Shown: piece by piece, positions 1 through 6,654 of the stretch
How positions within the stretch are numbered: position 1 is the stretch's first letter
Layout of the letters: each line of letters starts with the position of its first letter
DNA from: a bacterium
GTDB taxonomy: Bacteria; SZUA-182; DTGQ01
Length of the DNA stretch: 24,223 nucleotides
NCBI GenBank assembly: GCA_040752695.1
Contig: JBFMGO010000092.1
Coordinates: 1-24,223, forward strand
Reading direction: 5' to 3'
Made by a program: the position numbers and the translations under genes
Notes under the pieces: generated by a model
Database searches by the model: none
What the model was told of the DNA's origin: nothing
What the model saw: the letters and a program-made list of their open reading frames with translations, nothing else

Positions 1-35
1 GTTGGCTTAACTACTGGTAGGCTTTCTTGATTCAT
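1..35 (-). CDS. 5' start of a gene running off the window edge (MNQESLPVVKP...); by position possibly the transposase of a Mu-like element
   Basis: ATG at 35 preceded by AAGGGAGG RBS (43-50, minus); frame open to base 1; product inferred from gene order only. Confidence 0.5.
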   Translation of the reverse strand, partial: MNQESLPVVKP

Positions 36-90
36 AGATTATCCTCCCTTATCTTATTCTCTTGGATAACCTATGATAATGCTTTCTTAT

Positions 91-1044
91 CTAATTTTCA
101 TGCACGCTTACCGGAAGCACACCAATGTTTATACCCAGGGCCCGGAGAGGGGAAAGGGAGGCAGAATACGATGCTGATGATGAGCGTTGATTTATCCTGG
201 AAGTATCGGCCATATCACTGTTCTCCTTTCTCCCTTCCCCCCTTACCAGGCTATCAGTGCGACACGCTCCGATGCCAAACCTAAGCTGAAAAAATCTATG
301 CTTCACCTCTTCAGGTAAGCATGAGATCGCAACCTGATAACTATATCCGAGCCCTCGGTTTACGGCGGGAGTAAGCTGCCCGCTGGGTGTATTTTGCGTT
401 ATGTTATTTTGTGTGTTATTTGCGTATACCTTGCGTACTGTTTTGAATTCGTTTTTCTCAATCTTTTTCCGGATAGCTCTCTCAGTTACGCTAAAGAGGT
501 TCCTTAATCCTTTTACCGTAATCCACCACTCTCCGGCTTCGAAAATTGATTCAATGCTTTTATTTTCATTGTCTTGGCAGTCATTTTGATTTAAGGAACT
601 AATGCCATTTTGAGTGCTCTGATTGTTCCTTAATTTTAAGGAACTGGCTCTTTCCGCCGCAGCGGGTAAATCCTGATTTGATTTTGTATTATCAATAGGT
701 TGGGAAGTGGAGAGGGTAGGGGAGGGGGCTGTCGGACTTGTCGCACTTGTCGCACTTCGCATGCTTTTACCTGTCGGACTTGTCGCACTTGTCGCACTTC
801 GCATGCTTTTACCTGTCGGACTTGTCGCACTTGTCGCAGTTCCGTTCTCATAGCCGTCAAAGATACCCAGAAATTCTTTTTTCATCCATGTCACCTGGGA
901 TAAAGTAAAAAATGCTGTTTTCCCACCCCTGACAACCCTCCAGCTTGCCGGATCTATCTTACTGGAAGAAATCCATCGCTGGACCGTCCTCTCCGCCACT
1001 CCCAGCACCTCAGCGGCCTCTTTTGTTGATAATAGATCAGGCAT
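91..1044 (-). CDS. Two-HTH DNA-binding protein: N-terminal excisionase-like HTH (HTH_17/MerR-like), low-complexity linker, Mu-type winged HTH
   Basis: LLSTKEAAEVLGVAERTVQRWI at N-terminus; WITVKGLRNLFSVTERAIRKKIEK...GLGYSYQVAISCLPEEVK resembles the Mu repressor/transposase N-terminal domain; ATG 1044 with GAAAGGG upstream preferred over the TTG at 1068. Confidence 0.7.
   Translation of the reverse strand: MPDLLSTKEAAEVLGVAERTVQRWISSSKIDPASWRVVRGGKTAFFTLSQVTWMKKEFLGIFDGYENGTATSATSPTGKSMRSATSATSPTGKSMRSATSATSPTAPSPTLSTSQPIDNTKSNQDLPAAAERASSLKLRNNQSTQNGISSLNQNDCQDNENKSIESIFEAGEWWITVKGLRNLFSVTERAIRKKIEKNEFKTVRKVYANNTQNNITQNTPSGQLTPAVNRGLGYSYQVAISCLPEEVKHRFFQLRFGIGACRTDSLVRGEGRKENSDMADTSRINQRSSSASYSASLSPLRALGINIGVLPVSVHEN
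729..838. repeat. 42-bp tandem repeat (2 full copies plus 26 bp) built from 9-bp TGTCG(G/C)ACT subunits; encodes ATSATSPTGKSMRS repeats
   Basis: CTGTCGGACTTGTCGCACTTGTCGCACTTCGCATGCTTTTAC at 729 and 771, partial at 813. Confidence 0.95.
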
Positions 1045-1073
1045 TGCTACCCTTTCCCCAGCGTTCAACGTTG

Positions 1074-1082
1074 TGATATACT
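1074..1082 (+). promoter_or_regulatory. Putative extended -10 promoter for the membrane-protein gene
   Basis: TGaTATACT about 40 bp upstream of ATG 1123; no good -35. Confidence 0.4.
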
Positions 1083-1122
1083 GTTAGAAAATATTCCATC
1101 TTGAAAGGAGGTGAAATTTATC

Positions 1123-1665
1123 ATGGAAAATGAATCCGAACCTAAACCTAAGCCAGTTGATTCATCGGTATTAGAAAAGGTCATCGACTTTTGCCTCTTA
1201 AACTTTCGAACTTATATTGCTGATATCCGCTCGGTGCAAATAGAGCTTTTAAAAACCTACCTTTGGATTTCTTCATTTCTTGTAACCGTTCAATTAGGAG
1301 TCTTTGAGTACTTTAAACCAGAGAAGCATTCCGGTTTATATTTCATTCCCTTTTGCCTGGGAGTTTCTTCTCTCATATTATCTCTTTGGGTTTTTGCTCT
1401 GGCCTTACTGAATCTGAGAGTCCCGAATAAGGAAATATTTTTTATCGATGATCCTGAAGTTTACTTTAATCAGGCTAATTCTCCGGATCAATGTCTACGG
1501 GCCTTCATTTATGATATTGATAAAACCAGCCGCAAAAATTTTGCTACCGATATTGAAACTGGGAAAAAAATCAGGAAATTAGCTTCTCCGTTAATTGTTT
1601 CTATTATTATTCTTATATTTTCAGCTATTTTTTACTATTTTCTAGGGTCTTATAACTTTCATTAA
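1123..1665 (+). CDS. Hypothetical integral membrane protein (about 3 TM segments), accessory gene antisense to the early operon
   Basis: AGGAGG RBS at 1106-1111; hydrophobic runs YLWISSFLVTVQLGVF, LYFIPFCLGVSSLILSLWVFALALL, LIVSIIILIFSAIFYYFLG. Confidence 0.75.
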   Translation: MENESEPKPKPVDSSVLEKVIDFCLLNFRTYIADIRSVQIELLKTYLWISSFLVTVQLGVFEYFKPEKHSGLYFIPFCLGVSSLILSLWVFALALLNLRVPNKEIFFIDDPEVYFNQANSPDQCLRAFIYDIDKTSRKNFATDIETGKKIRKLASPLIVSIIILIFSAIFYYFLGSYNFH

Positions 1666-1680
1666 ATTAAGGAGGCAGTC

Positions 1681-1836
1681 ATGGGAGATAAACCCCAAAA
1701 ACCCGACCAAGGTAAAGAATCTACCAACCATAAACCACCCCCTGTTACATCTAAAAAGGAAGAACTTATTATTGGAAAAAAGGATTTTCCCCTCTCACCC
1801 AAACAAAAACCACCAACTGATAATGACGAAGACTAA
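1681..1836 (+). CDS. 51-aa Pro/Lys-rich peptide (MGDKPQKPDQGKESTNHKPPPVTSKKEELIIGKKDFPLSPKQKPPTDNDED)
   Basis: AAGGAGG RBS 5 nt before ATG 1681, directly after the membrane gene; below the ORF-track cutoff. Confidence 0.7.
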   Translation: MGDKPQKPDQGKESTNHKPPPVTSKKEELIIGKKDFPLSPKQKPPTDNDED

Positions 1837-1860
1837 GAGAAATCCAATCATTGATCACCC

Positions 1861-2034
1861 CTACCCCTTATTCGTAGCTAATTCAACCAGTTCAAAGAAA
1901 TCTTCATACATGGTAAGCTTATGGCCCAATGGGTCCTTAAAGTCTAGCCATTGAAAATGGGCAATTATTTCATCCTTGCTCATCTCCTTAATTGGTTTAT
2001 TGGAGGGTATATATGATCCGGAAGTCTGTTTCAT
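1861..2034 (-). CDS. Small hypothetical protein (...DFKDPLGHKLTMYEDFFELVELA...)
   Basis: Open frame in the early-operon direction; start uncertain and overlaps the KTSC gene start head-to-head. Confidence 0.4.
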   Translation of the reverse strand: MKQTSGSYIPSNKPIKEMSKDEIIAHFQWLDFKDPLGHKLTMYEDFFELVELATNKG

Positions 2035-2225
2035 CTTCAAATATCCTTTCTGTTGGTTATGATAGAGAAACATCCATACTTGAAGTTAAATTTCATAGCG
2101 GTCATCTTTATCAATATGTTAATGTTCCTGAATCCGTTTACCATGCTTTAATGTCAGCTTCTTCTAAAGGTTCCTATCTCCATGCTCATATAAAAGACCG
2201 CTATCGTTGTCGCCAAGTAGGTTAG
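2013..2225 (+). CDS. KTSC domain protein
   Basis: VSSSNILSVGYD...LEVKFHSGHLYQYVNVPESVYHALMSASSKGSYLHAHIKDRY is the KTSC signature; GGAGG at 2002-2006, ATG 2013. Confidence 0.92.
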   Translation: MIRKSVSSSNILSVGYDRETSILEVKFHSGHLYQYVNVPESVYHALMSASSKGSYLHAHIKDRYRCRQVG

Positions 2226-2232
2226 GTCCGTA

Positions 2233-2264
2233 AACAAGCCCCTGGCTGTCTCCGGGGGTTTGTT
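2233..2264 (+). terminator. Stem-loop after the KTSC stop, probable terminator
   Basis: AACAAGCCCCTGG-CTGTCT-CCGGGGGTTTGTT, 13-bp stem with two G-U pairs; weak U tail. Confidence 0.55.
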
Positions 2265-2283
2265 CCCCTTCAAGGATTCGCCC

Positions 2284-2505
2284 TTACCCTTCAAATGTCT
2301 CTGTCTGAAATAAGGGAGGACGTCGATAGCCGGATTCTTTTTCTTCCAGGCACGAAACCCGCGATTGCAGTTCAGAAATATCTTTTTCAATACAATTGTG
2401 ATAAAAATTACGCAGGAAATAACCCATCATCAATCCGCAAAACAGTCCCAGGGTAATGAATAGATCAATCATAATAATATTTATTTTGATTAACTCTTGC
2501 ACCAT
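2284..2505 (-). CDS. Small single-TM/coiled-coil hypothetical protein
   Basis: GAGGAGAAGGA upstream of ATG 2505; hydrophobic LFITLGLFCGLMMGYFL followed by a heptad-like segment. Confidence 0.55.
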   Translation of the reverse strand: MVQELIKINIIMIDLFITLGLFCGLMMGYFLRNFYHNCIEKDISELQSRVSCLEEKESGYRRPPLFQTETFEG

Positions 2506-2518
2506 AGTCCTTCTCCTC

Positions 2519-2998
2519 TTACTTCAAAAACGCCAGCCTCTTCTTCTTTTCCTTTTGCAGATCCTTGATCCTCTCGTCGATGATCTGGATCTCGCTTCTT
2601 AATGCGTCGTCTCCTGGCATCAAAAACAGGCCCAGGTGACGACAGACAACCTCAAGGGGAAGGCTCGAACCGGTAGCGATGCAAAAGGCCGGTAAATACT
2701 CTGCCGGGAACCGGTGCGCCTCCTTGCTTTCAGCTACCCATGCATCCAGCATGAATTTGGAAACATCGGCTGCCAAAAGATCGCTCATCTTGCCCGCGAT
2801 CTCAAACCGCGATAGTCCTGAGCTAGACATAGCCCTGGCTATCGCTTCCTTAAATTCTGCCTGCACATTCTTACTTCCTGTCTGCTGCGACTGATTTTTC
2901 AGTCCTCCTCCCTCCTGAATTTTTGCTATTTCATCGAATAGCGTCAGTTGACGGCTTTTTGCCTTTTGAGTGTCTAATACATGTACGCTTTTTGCCAT
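2519..2998 (-). CDS. Mu-like early regulatory protein (CII-like HTH family) with a QLTLF clamp-binding-like motif
   Basis: SRFEIAGKMS...VSKFMLDAWVAESKEAHRFPAEYLPAFCIATG pattern typical of transposable-prophage early genes; AAGGTG RBS. Confidence 0.7.
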   Translation of the reverse strand: MAKSVHVLDTQKAKSRQLTLFDEIAKIQEGGGLKNQSQQTGSKNVQAEFKEAIARAMSSSGLSRFEIAGKMSDLLAADVSKFMLDAWVAESKEAHRFPAEYLPAFCIATGSSLPLEVVCRHLGLFLMPGDDALRSEIQIIDERIKDLQKEKKKRLAFLK

Positions 2999-3040
2999 TG
3001 TGTCACCTTCTTAAATTTGCTATTATAAAAGTGAAAGGTA

Positions 3041-3202
3041 TTAGGTATTGATATACTCTATATCAATCCTGACATGGTAAATTGGCAGCAGGTGTTTGGC
3101 CGCTGTTTCCAAAAGATCAACCAGCTTTCTGGAATCATCTTCTTTGGTGTAATGTTTCTTTAAGACCTCAATGATGTCTTTTAAAGCTTGCTCTCGATCC
3201 AT
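3041..3202 (-). CDS. 53-aa hypothetical protein (MDREQALKDIIEVLKKHYTKEDDSRKLVDLLETAAKHLLPIYHVRIDIEYINT)
   Basis: AAAGGA RBS; fills the gap in the leftward operon; not in the ORF track. Confidence 0.6.
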   Translation of the reverse strand: MDREQALKDIIEVLKKHYTKEDDSRKLVDLLETAAKHLLPIYHVRIDIEYINT

Positions 3203-3285
3203 TTATTTATCCTTTTTCTATTGAGAAATGAAGCATCTAAACTTGGTGGTTTGCCTGAATAATGAATCACTTAATTTCATTTTGA

Positions 3286-3633
3286 CTATCCCGGCATCAT
3301 GCTCTTTTTAAGCTTCGCCTGAGTCTCAAGGGCCTGCTCGACGACGATGGAATTGATTTCTTTTTCAATGAGCACCTTAATGCGCTGTTGATTCTGAGGC
3401 CCCCAAAGATCGTCGTAAGCTACGCCCAGGTGGTCTGCTACCTTAACTCGCAGCGCCTTATTTCTTTGTTCTTTATCGTAGTTATCAAATGATCGCTCAA
3501 GAATCTTATAGAGCGACCAATAGGAAACCCCGATTTCCTTCGCCAGATCAGGAAGATACATTCTTGATTTGAGCTGGACAAATTTAATAATCAGTAATTT
3601 TGTGTGATTTGTAGGAATTTTTTTCCTTTTCAT
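3286..3633 (-). CDS. Ner/Cro-like HTH regulator
   Basis: LPDLAKEIGVSYWSLYKIL HTH and KVADHLGVAYDDLWG (Ner-like C-terminal motif); first gene divergent from the repressor; GAGGA RBS. Confidence 0.7.
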   Translation of the reverse strand: MKRKKIPTNHTKLLIIKFVQLKSRMYLPDLAKEIGVSYWSLYKILERSFDNYDKEQRNKALRVKVADHLGVAYDDLWGPQNQQRIKVLIEKEINSIVVEQALETQAKLKKSMMPG

Positions 3634-3697
3634 TACATTCCTCTTAGATAAAAGGGAATAGACAAGGTAAAGACAATTTTTTTAAACCGTTAGTCAT

Positions 3698-3726
3698 AGT
3701 ATAATCTACATATAGATATTAGTCAA
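3698..3726 (-). promoter_or_regulatory. Sigma70-type early promoter with a palindromic operator in the spacer
   Basis: TTGACT (3726-3721), 17-nt spacer, TATACT (3703-3698); spacer holds ATCTA-CATA-TAGAT (3704-3717); overlapping plus-strand TATAAT at 3700-3705. Confidence 0.8.
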
Positions 3727-3738
3727 GCAAATATAGTT

Positions 3739-4173
3739 ATGCAGATAAAAAGCATAGGAGATAGAATCCGCGAATACCGTAAGGCAAAGGGAATAACTGT
3801 TTGGTATTTAGCTAAAATTATAAATATTTCTCAAGGTAGCCTATCCGGTATAGAGACAAACAAGACTAAACCATCAGCAGATACCCTTCAATCTTTATAT
3901 CTGCATACAGATATTTCATTCCATTGGCTCATGACTGGCGAAGGACCGATGTTCCGGGAGGGAGCCACCTCCCCTACCTTGGCCATTGAAGATATACCAA
4001 GAGAGCAATTGAAGGGGTGGATAGACGATTTCTGGGAGCATGCCAATCAGGAGGGCCGGACCTGGCTAATCTACGAGGTTAAGCGTCATTTCCCTGAATT
4101 TATTGAATATCTTAAAAAAATAGAGGCTGGACAGGCTAAGGACGAGGATACCCATATGGGCAAGATCGCCTGA
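3739..4173 (+). CDS. XRE-family HTH repressor (no S24 peptidase domain)
   Basis: IGDRIREYRKAKGITVWYLAKIINISQGSLSGIETNKTKPS...WLMTGEGPMF. Confidence 0.9.
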   Translation: MQIKSIGDRIREYRKAKGITVWYLAKIINISQGSLSGIETNKTKPSADTLQSLYLHTDISFHWLMTGEGPMFREGATSPTLAIEDIPREQLKGWIDDFWEHANQEGRTWLIYEVKRHFPEFIEYLKKIEAGQAKDEDTHMGKIA

Positions 4174-4317
4174 CTTCTTAATGAATTAGCTAAAGTTGGT
4201 ATCAATACGAATAAATTAGACATATTAATAATGAATTAACACATAGTAAGAATTACGTTAGACTTAGAACATACTAATAATAGGAATTTAAATGATATTT
4301 TTGATATGGAGCATATA

Positions 4318-4726
4318 ATGGCTAACGATGACTATATGAAAAGCGTCTGATATTTTTAAAGAAAGTGGTAATGTCTTTAGTGGTAGGCTCTCTTTTGAAA
4401 AAGCCTTTCCTCAAATTGATGATGTATTAGTTGAAGTAGAAGAAATCGGTTCTGGGTTTAAGGCAAGTAATACAAAGCGTGTATACAGGAAAGACAGGCT
4501 GGATGAATACATAAATTGTTCCAATCCTGTTTGTTATAAGGGAGGGTTTTCGATAGGAGAGATACTTCGTGAAATGGTTAATACAAAACAAACAGATGCA
4601 ACCTTTGATAAAGGATGCCGTGGATACGAAGGCACACCAAAAGGTCAAAGAAAAAGAAGTTGCCTTCATTCCTTCGAAATAAAAGTACACATTGGTTATA
4701 AAGACAATCATACAGTTAAAGAGTAG
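4318..4726 (+). pseudogene. Frameshifted gene for a ~135-aa four-Cys (putative Zn-binding) protein
   Basis: GGAG RBS plus ATG 4318 gives MANDDYMKSV-stop; removing one A from AAAA (4339-4342) joins it to a long start-less frame KASDIFKES...YINCSNPVCYKGGFSIGEILREMV...GCRGYEGTPKG...SCLHSF ending at TAG 4726. Confidence 0.75.
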
Positions 4727-4730
4727 ATTT

Positions 4731-5111
4731 TTATTTTACTTCCACTTTTTGAAGAATCTCCTTAACCTGTTGTATATGTTCAATGATGATTTGAGCATTA
4801 TGCTGCCGGTCTTCATGTTGCCGGTCATCATTATTGGATAATATTTTCTCAGCATAGTGGATGACCGTTTCCAGGTGGGCCATGGCACTATCTTTATCAT
4901 AGAACAGATTAAGAGATTGCTGAATATCAATCATCGATTTCTGGAGGATCTCATAGAATTTTATTCTGATATTCCGGTCTGCTGTAAGTAGCTGATTATT
5001 GTTAGAGTCTAATCGGAAAACACGTTCATTATTTATCTTGACTTCAGTATCCCATACTTCTATATCACTTGCCTTTTGAGTCTCAATTAGACTATCTGCT
5101 ATTGTATTCAT
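4731..5111 (-). CDS. Hypothetical 126-aa protein with its own promoter (moron-like)
   Basis: AAGGAG RBS; helical composition; short DDRQH/EDRQH duplication. Confidence 0.65.
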   Translation of the reverse strand: MNTIADSLIETQKASDIEVWDTEVKINNERVFRLDSNNNQLLTADRNIRIKFYEILQKSMIDIQQSLNLFYDKDSAMAHLETVIHYAEKILSNNDDRQHEDRQHNAQIIIEHIQQVKEILQKVEVK

Positions 5112-5159
5112 GGAGATTACTCCTTTGGTTTTGGTTAGGTTGATCTGAATCTTTTAGGT

Positions 5160-5188
5160 ATTATATAGGAAAAATATAGAAAAGTAAA
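5160..5188 (-). promoter_or_regulatory. Putative sigma70 promoter for the 126-aa gene
   Basis: TTTACT (5188-5183), 17 nt, TATAAT (5165-5160). Confidence 0.55.
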
Positions 5189-5220
5189 ATAGCGGAAATG
5201 TTAGCCGGTCATGGACATGA

Positions 5221-6060
5221 TCAAAGCCCTGGGCATGATTGCGGAAGCTCAACCTCACCCACAGGGATCTCCTGCCACCCTTGGTCCACGGCCAGGTCTA
5301 CGGAGGTACTACTGACCAGGAGTTCTTTTCCCTCCAGCACCTTACCCTTTGAGGCTGAATAAGATAATGTTATCGGTTTAACATTAAAACTTTTAAACAC
5401 TTCCCTCATCTCTGGGAGGTCATTGATACTTAAAATAAATTTTCCTTTGAGGTCTCCAATTACTCTGGCCATTTCTTCATAATCACTTAAGACCATATTA
5501 TGTCTATAGTAAGGAGCCTTATAATAGGGTGGATCCAGGTAAAAGAATGTCTCTTCTCTATCATAACGCTTTACAAATTCTTGCCATGGTAAATGCTCGA
5601 TCAACACTCTGGCAAGCCTCAGATGGACCTCTGAAAGCTCCTCTTCCATCCTCACCAGATTAATTCTGATGTTTCTATTTACCTCTACACCGAATGTCCT
5701 ACTCTTCACTCTACCGGCAAAGCTTTGCCTCTGGAGATAATAATACCTGGCCGCTCTCTGGATATCGGTCAATCCACCCGCCTCCTGCTGTCTTTTCCAG
5801 TCATCAAACCATTCCCTGGACGAAAGGAGCCACTTAAACTGTCTTAAAAATTCTTCTAAATGGTGTTGAAGTACCCGGTAAAAAGCAATGAGATCACTAT
5901 CAAGATCATTAACGACCTCATATTTGGACGGTTCTTTTCTAAAAAACACCCATGCCGCTCCGGCGAACACTTCGCAGTACGTCTGATGTTGAGGAATTAA
6001 ATCGATGATTGTTTTTGAGAGCTTGCTTTTACCACCGATATAGGAGAGGGGACTATTCAT
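5221..6060 (-). CDS. D12-class (Dam-family) N6-adenine DNA methyltransferase, orphan
   Basis: SPLSYIGGKSKL, YCEVFAGAAWVFF (SAM binding), EVVNDLD, FFYLDPPY (catalytic motif IV). Confidence 0.95.
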   Translation of the reverse strand: MNSPLSYIGGKSKLSKTIIDLIPQHQTYCEVFAGAAWVFFRKEPSKYEVVNDLDSDLIAFYRVLQHHLEEFLRQFKWLLSSREWFDDWKRQQEAGGLTDIQRAARYYYLQRQSFAGRVKSRTFGVEVNRNIRINLVRMEEELSEVHLRLARVLIEHLPWQEFVKRYDREETFFYLDPPYYKAPYYRHNMVLSDYEEMARVIGDLKGKFILSINDLPEMREVFKSFNVKPITLSYSASKGKVLEGKELLVSSTSVDLAVDQGWQEIPVGEVELPQSCPGL

Positions 6061-6132
6061 TGACTTTACCCTTTACAAAATGTGCCTTTGCCACTCTTTA
6101 CAAAGTGAACCACTGATGGTTTACTTATTTAT

Positions 6133-6210
6133 TGAGTAGCAGCTTCGGCTGTGGTTCACAGCGCCTACTGTGGGTTAGTGGGGGTGGTTCGCGTCACCCC
6201 CGCCTACTCG
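6133..6210. ncRNA. Cloverleaf (four-way junction) structured RNA upstream of the methylase
   Basis: Closing stem GAGTAG/CTACTC; hairpins CAGC-TTCG-GCTG, CACAG-CGCCTA-CTGTG and GTGGGGGTG-GTTCGCGT-CACCCCCGC; GC-rich island in AT-rich DNA. Confidence 0.65.
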
Positions 6211-6213
6211 CTT

Positions 6214-6654
6214 GCATTTTCTAAGTGATAATCTATTATTTCTAATAGAAATAAATTAGACGCAATAACATTCAAATATATTACATCAGTTTTCAATAAA
6301 TGTGATTTGATCGGTTAAAATAGAAGGTTATTTAGGGGTACATTTTTGTTCCCCTATAACCATAGAGAGGAATAATAGATTTAAAATAGTTTTATCAATA
6401 CGTTAAATAGTTTTAATATTGTTATAAACGGTTTCTAAACGCAGTCTAAACATCGATACCCTGTATAAATCTTCTCTAAAACAGAATGAGAAGTTTATGA
6501 GTTATCCACAGATATTGTACTTTAAAACTTCTCATTTCTCTCAACCATAGATTAACCTTTGTCTACGTCTATCTCATTGACTCTTTTTGTAAAATAACTG
6601 TAAAGTTAGTAAAATTAATTTCCGCTACTTTCTAGCACAGACACTTAGAAATGC
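6214..6654. repeat. Inverted repeat GCATTT(T)CTAAGTG bracketing a ~440-bp AT-rich non-coding block
   Basis: GCATTTTCTAAGTG at 6214-6227 and CACTTAGAAATGC at 6642-6654 (one indel). Confidence 0.55.
6485..6536. promoter_or_regulatory. 12-bp perfect inverted repeat flanking a consensus DnaA box
   Basis: AATGAGAAGTTT (6485-6496), TTATCCACA (6502-6510), AAACTTCTCATT (6525-6536). Confidence 0.6.

Noticed and set aside
636..903. ORFs with RQVRQV or CRTCRT repeats (apparent Cys-rich protein)
   Set aside because: Alternative-frame readings of the 42-bp repeat inside the HTH gene
4427..4711. 94-aa minus-strand ORF
   Set aside because: Antisense shadow of the frameshifted plus-strand Cys gene
6133..6216. 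True tRNA gene
   Set aside because: No 7-nt anticodon loop, no D-loop GG, T-arm stem of 9 bp, no CCA; only the overall shape is tRNA-like
6326..6361. Imperfect hairpin GGTTATTTAGGGG...CCCCTATAACC as the tail-operon terminator
   Set aside because: Mismatched stem, no U tract and about 270 bp from the nearest stop; too weak to call
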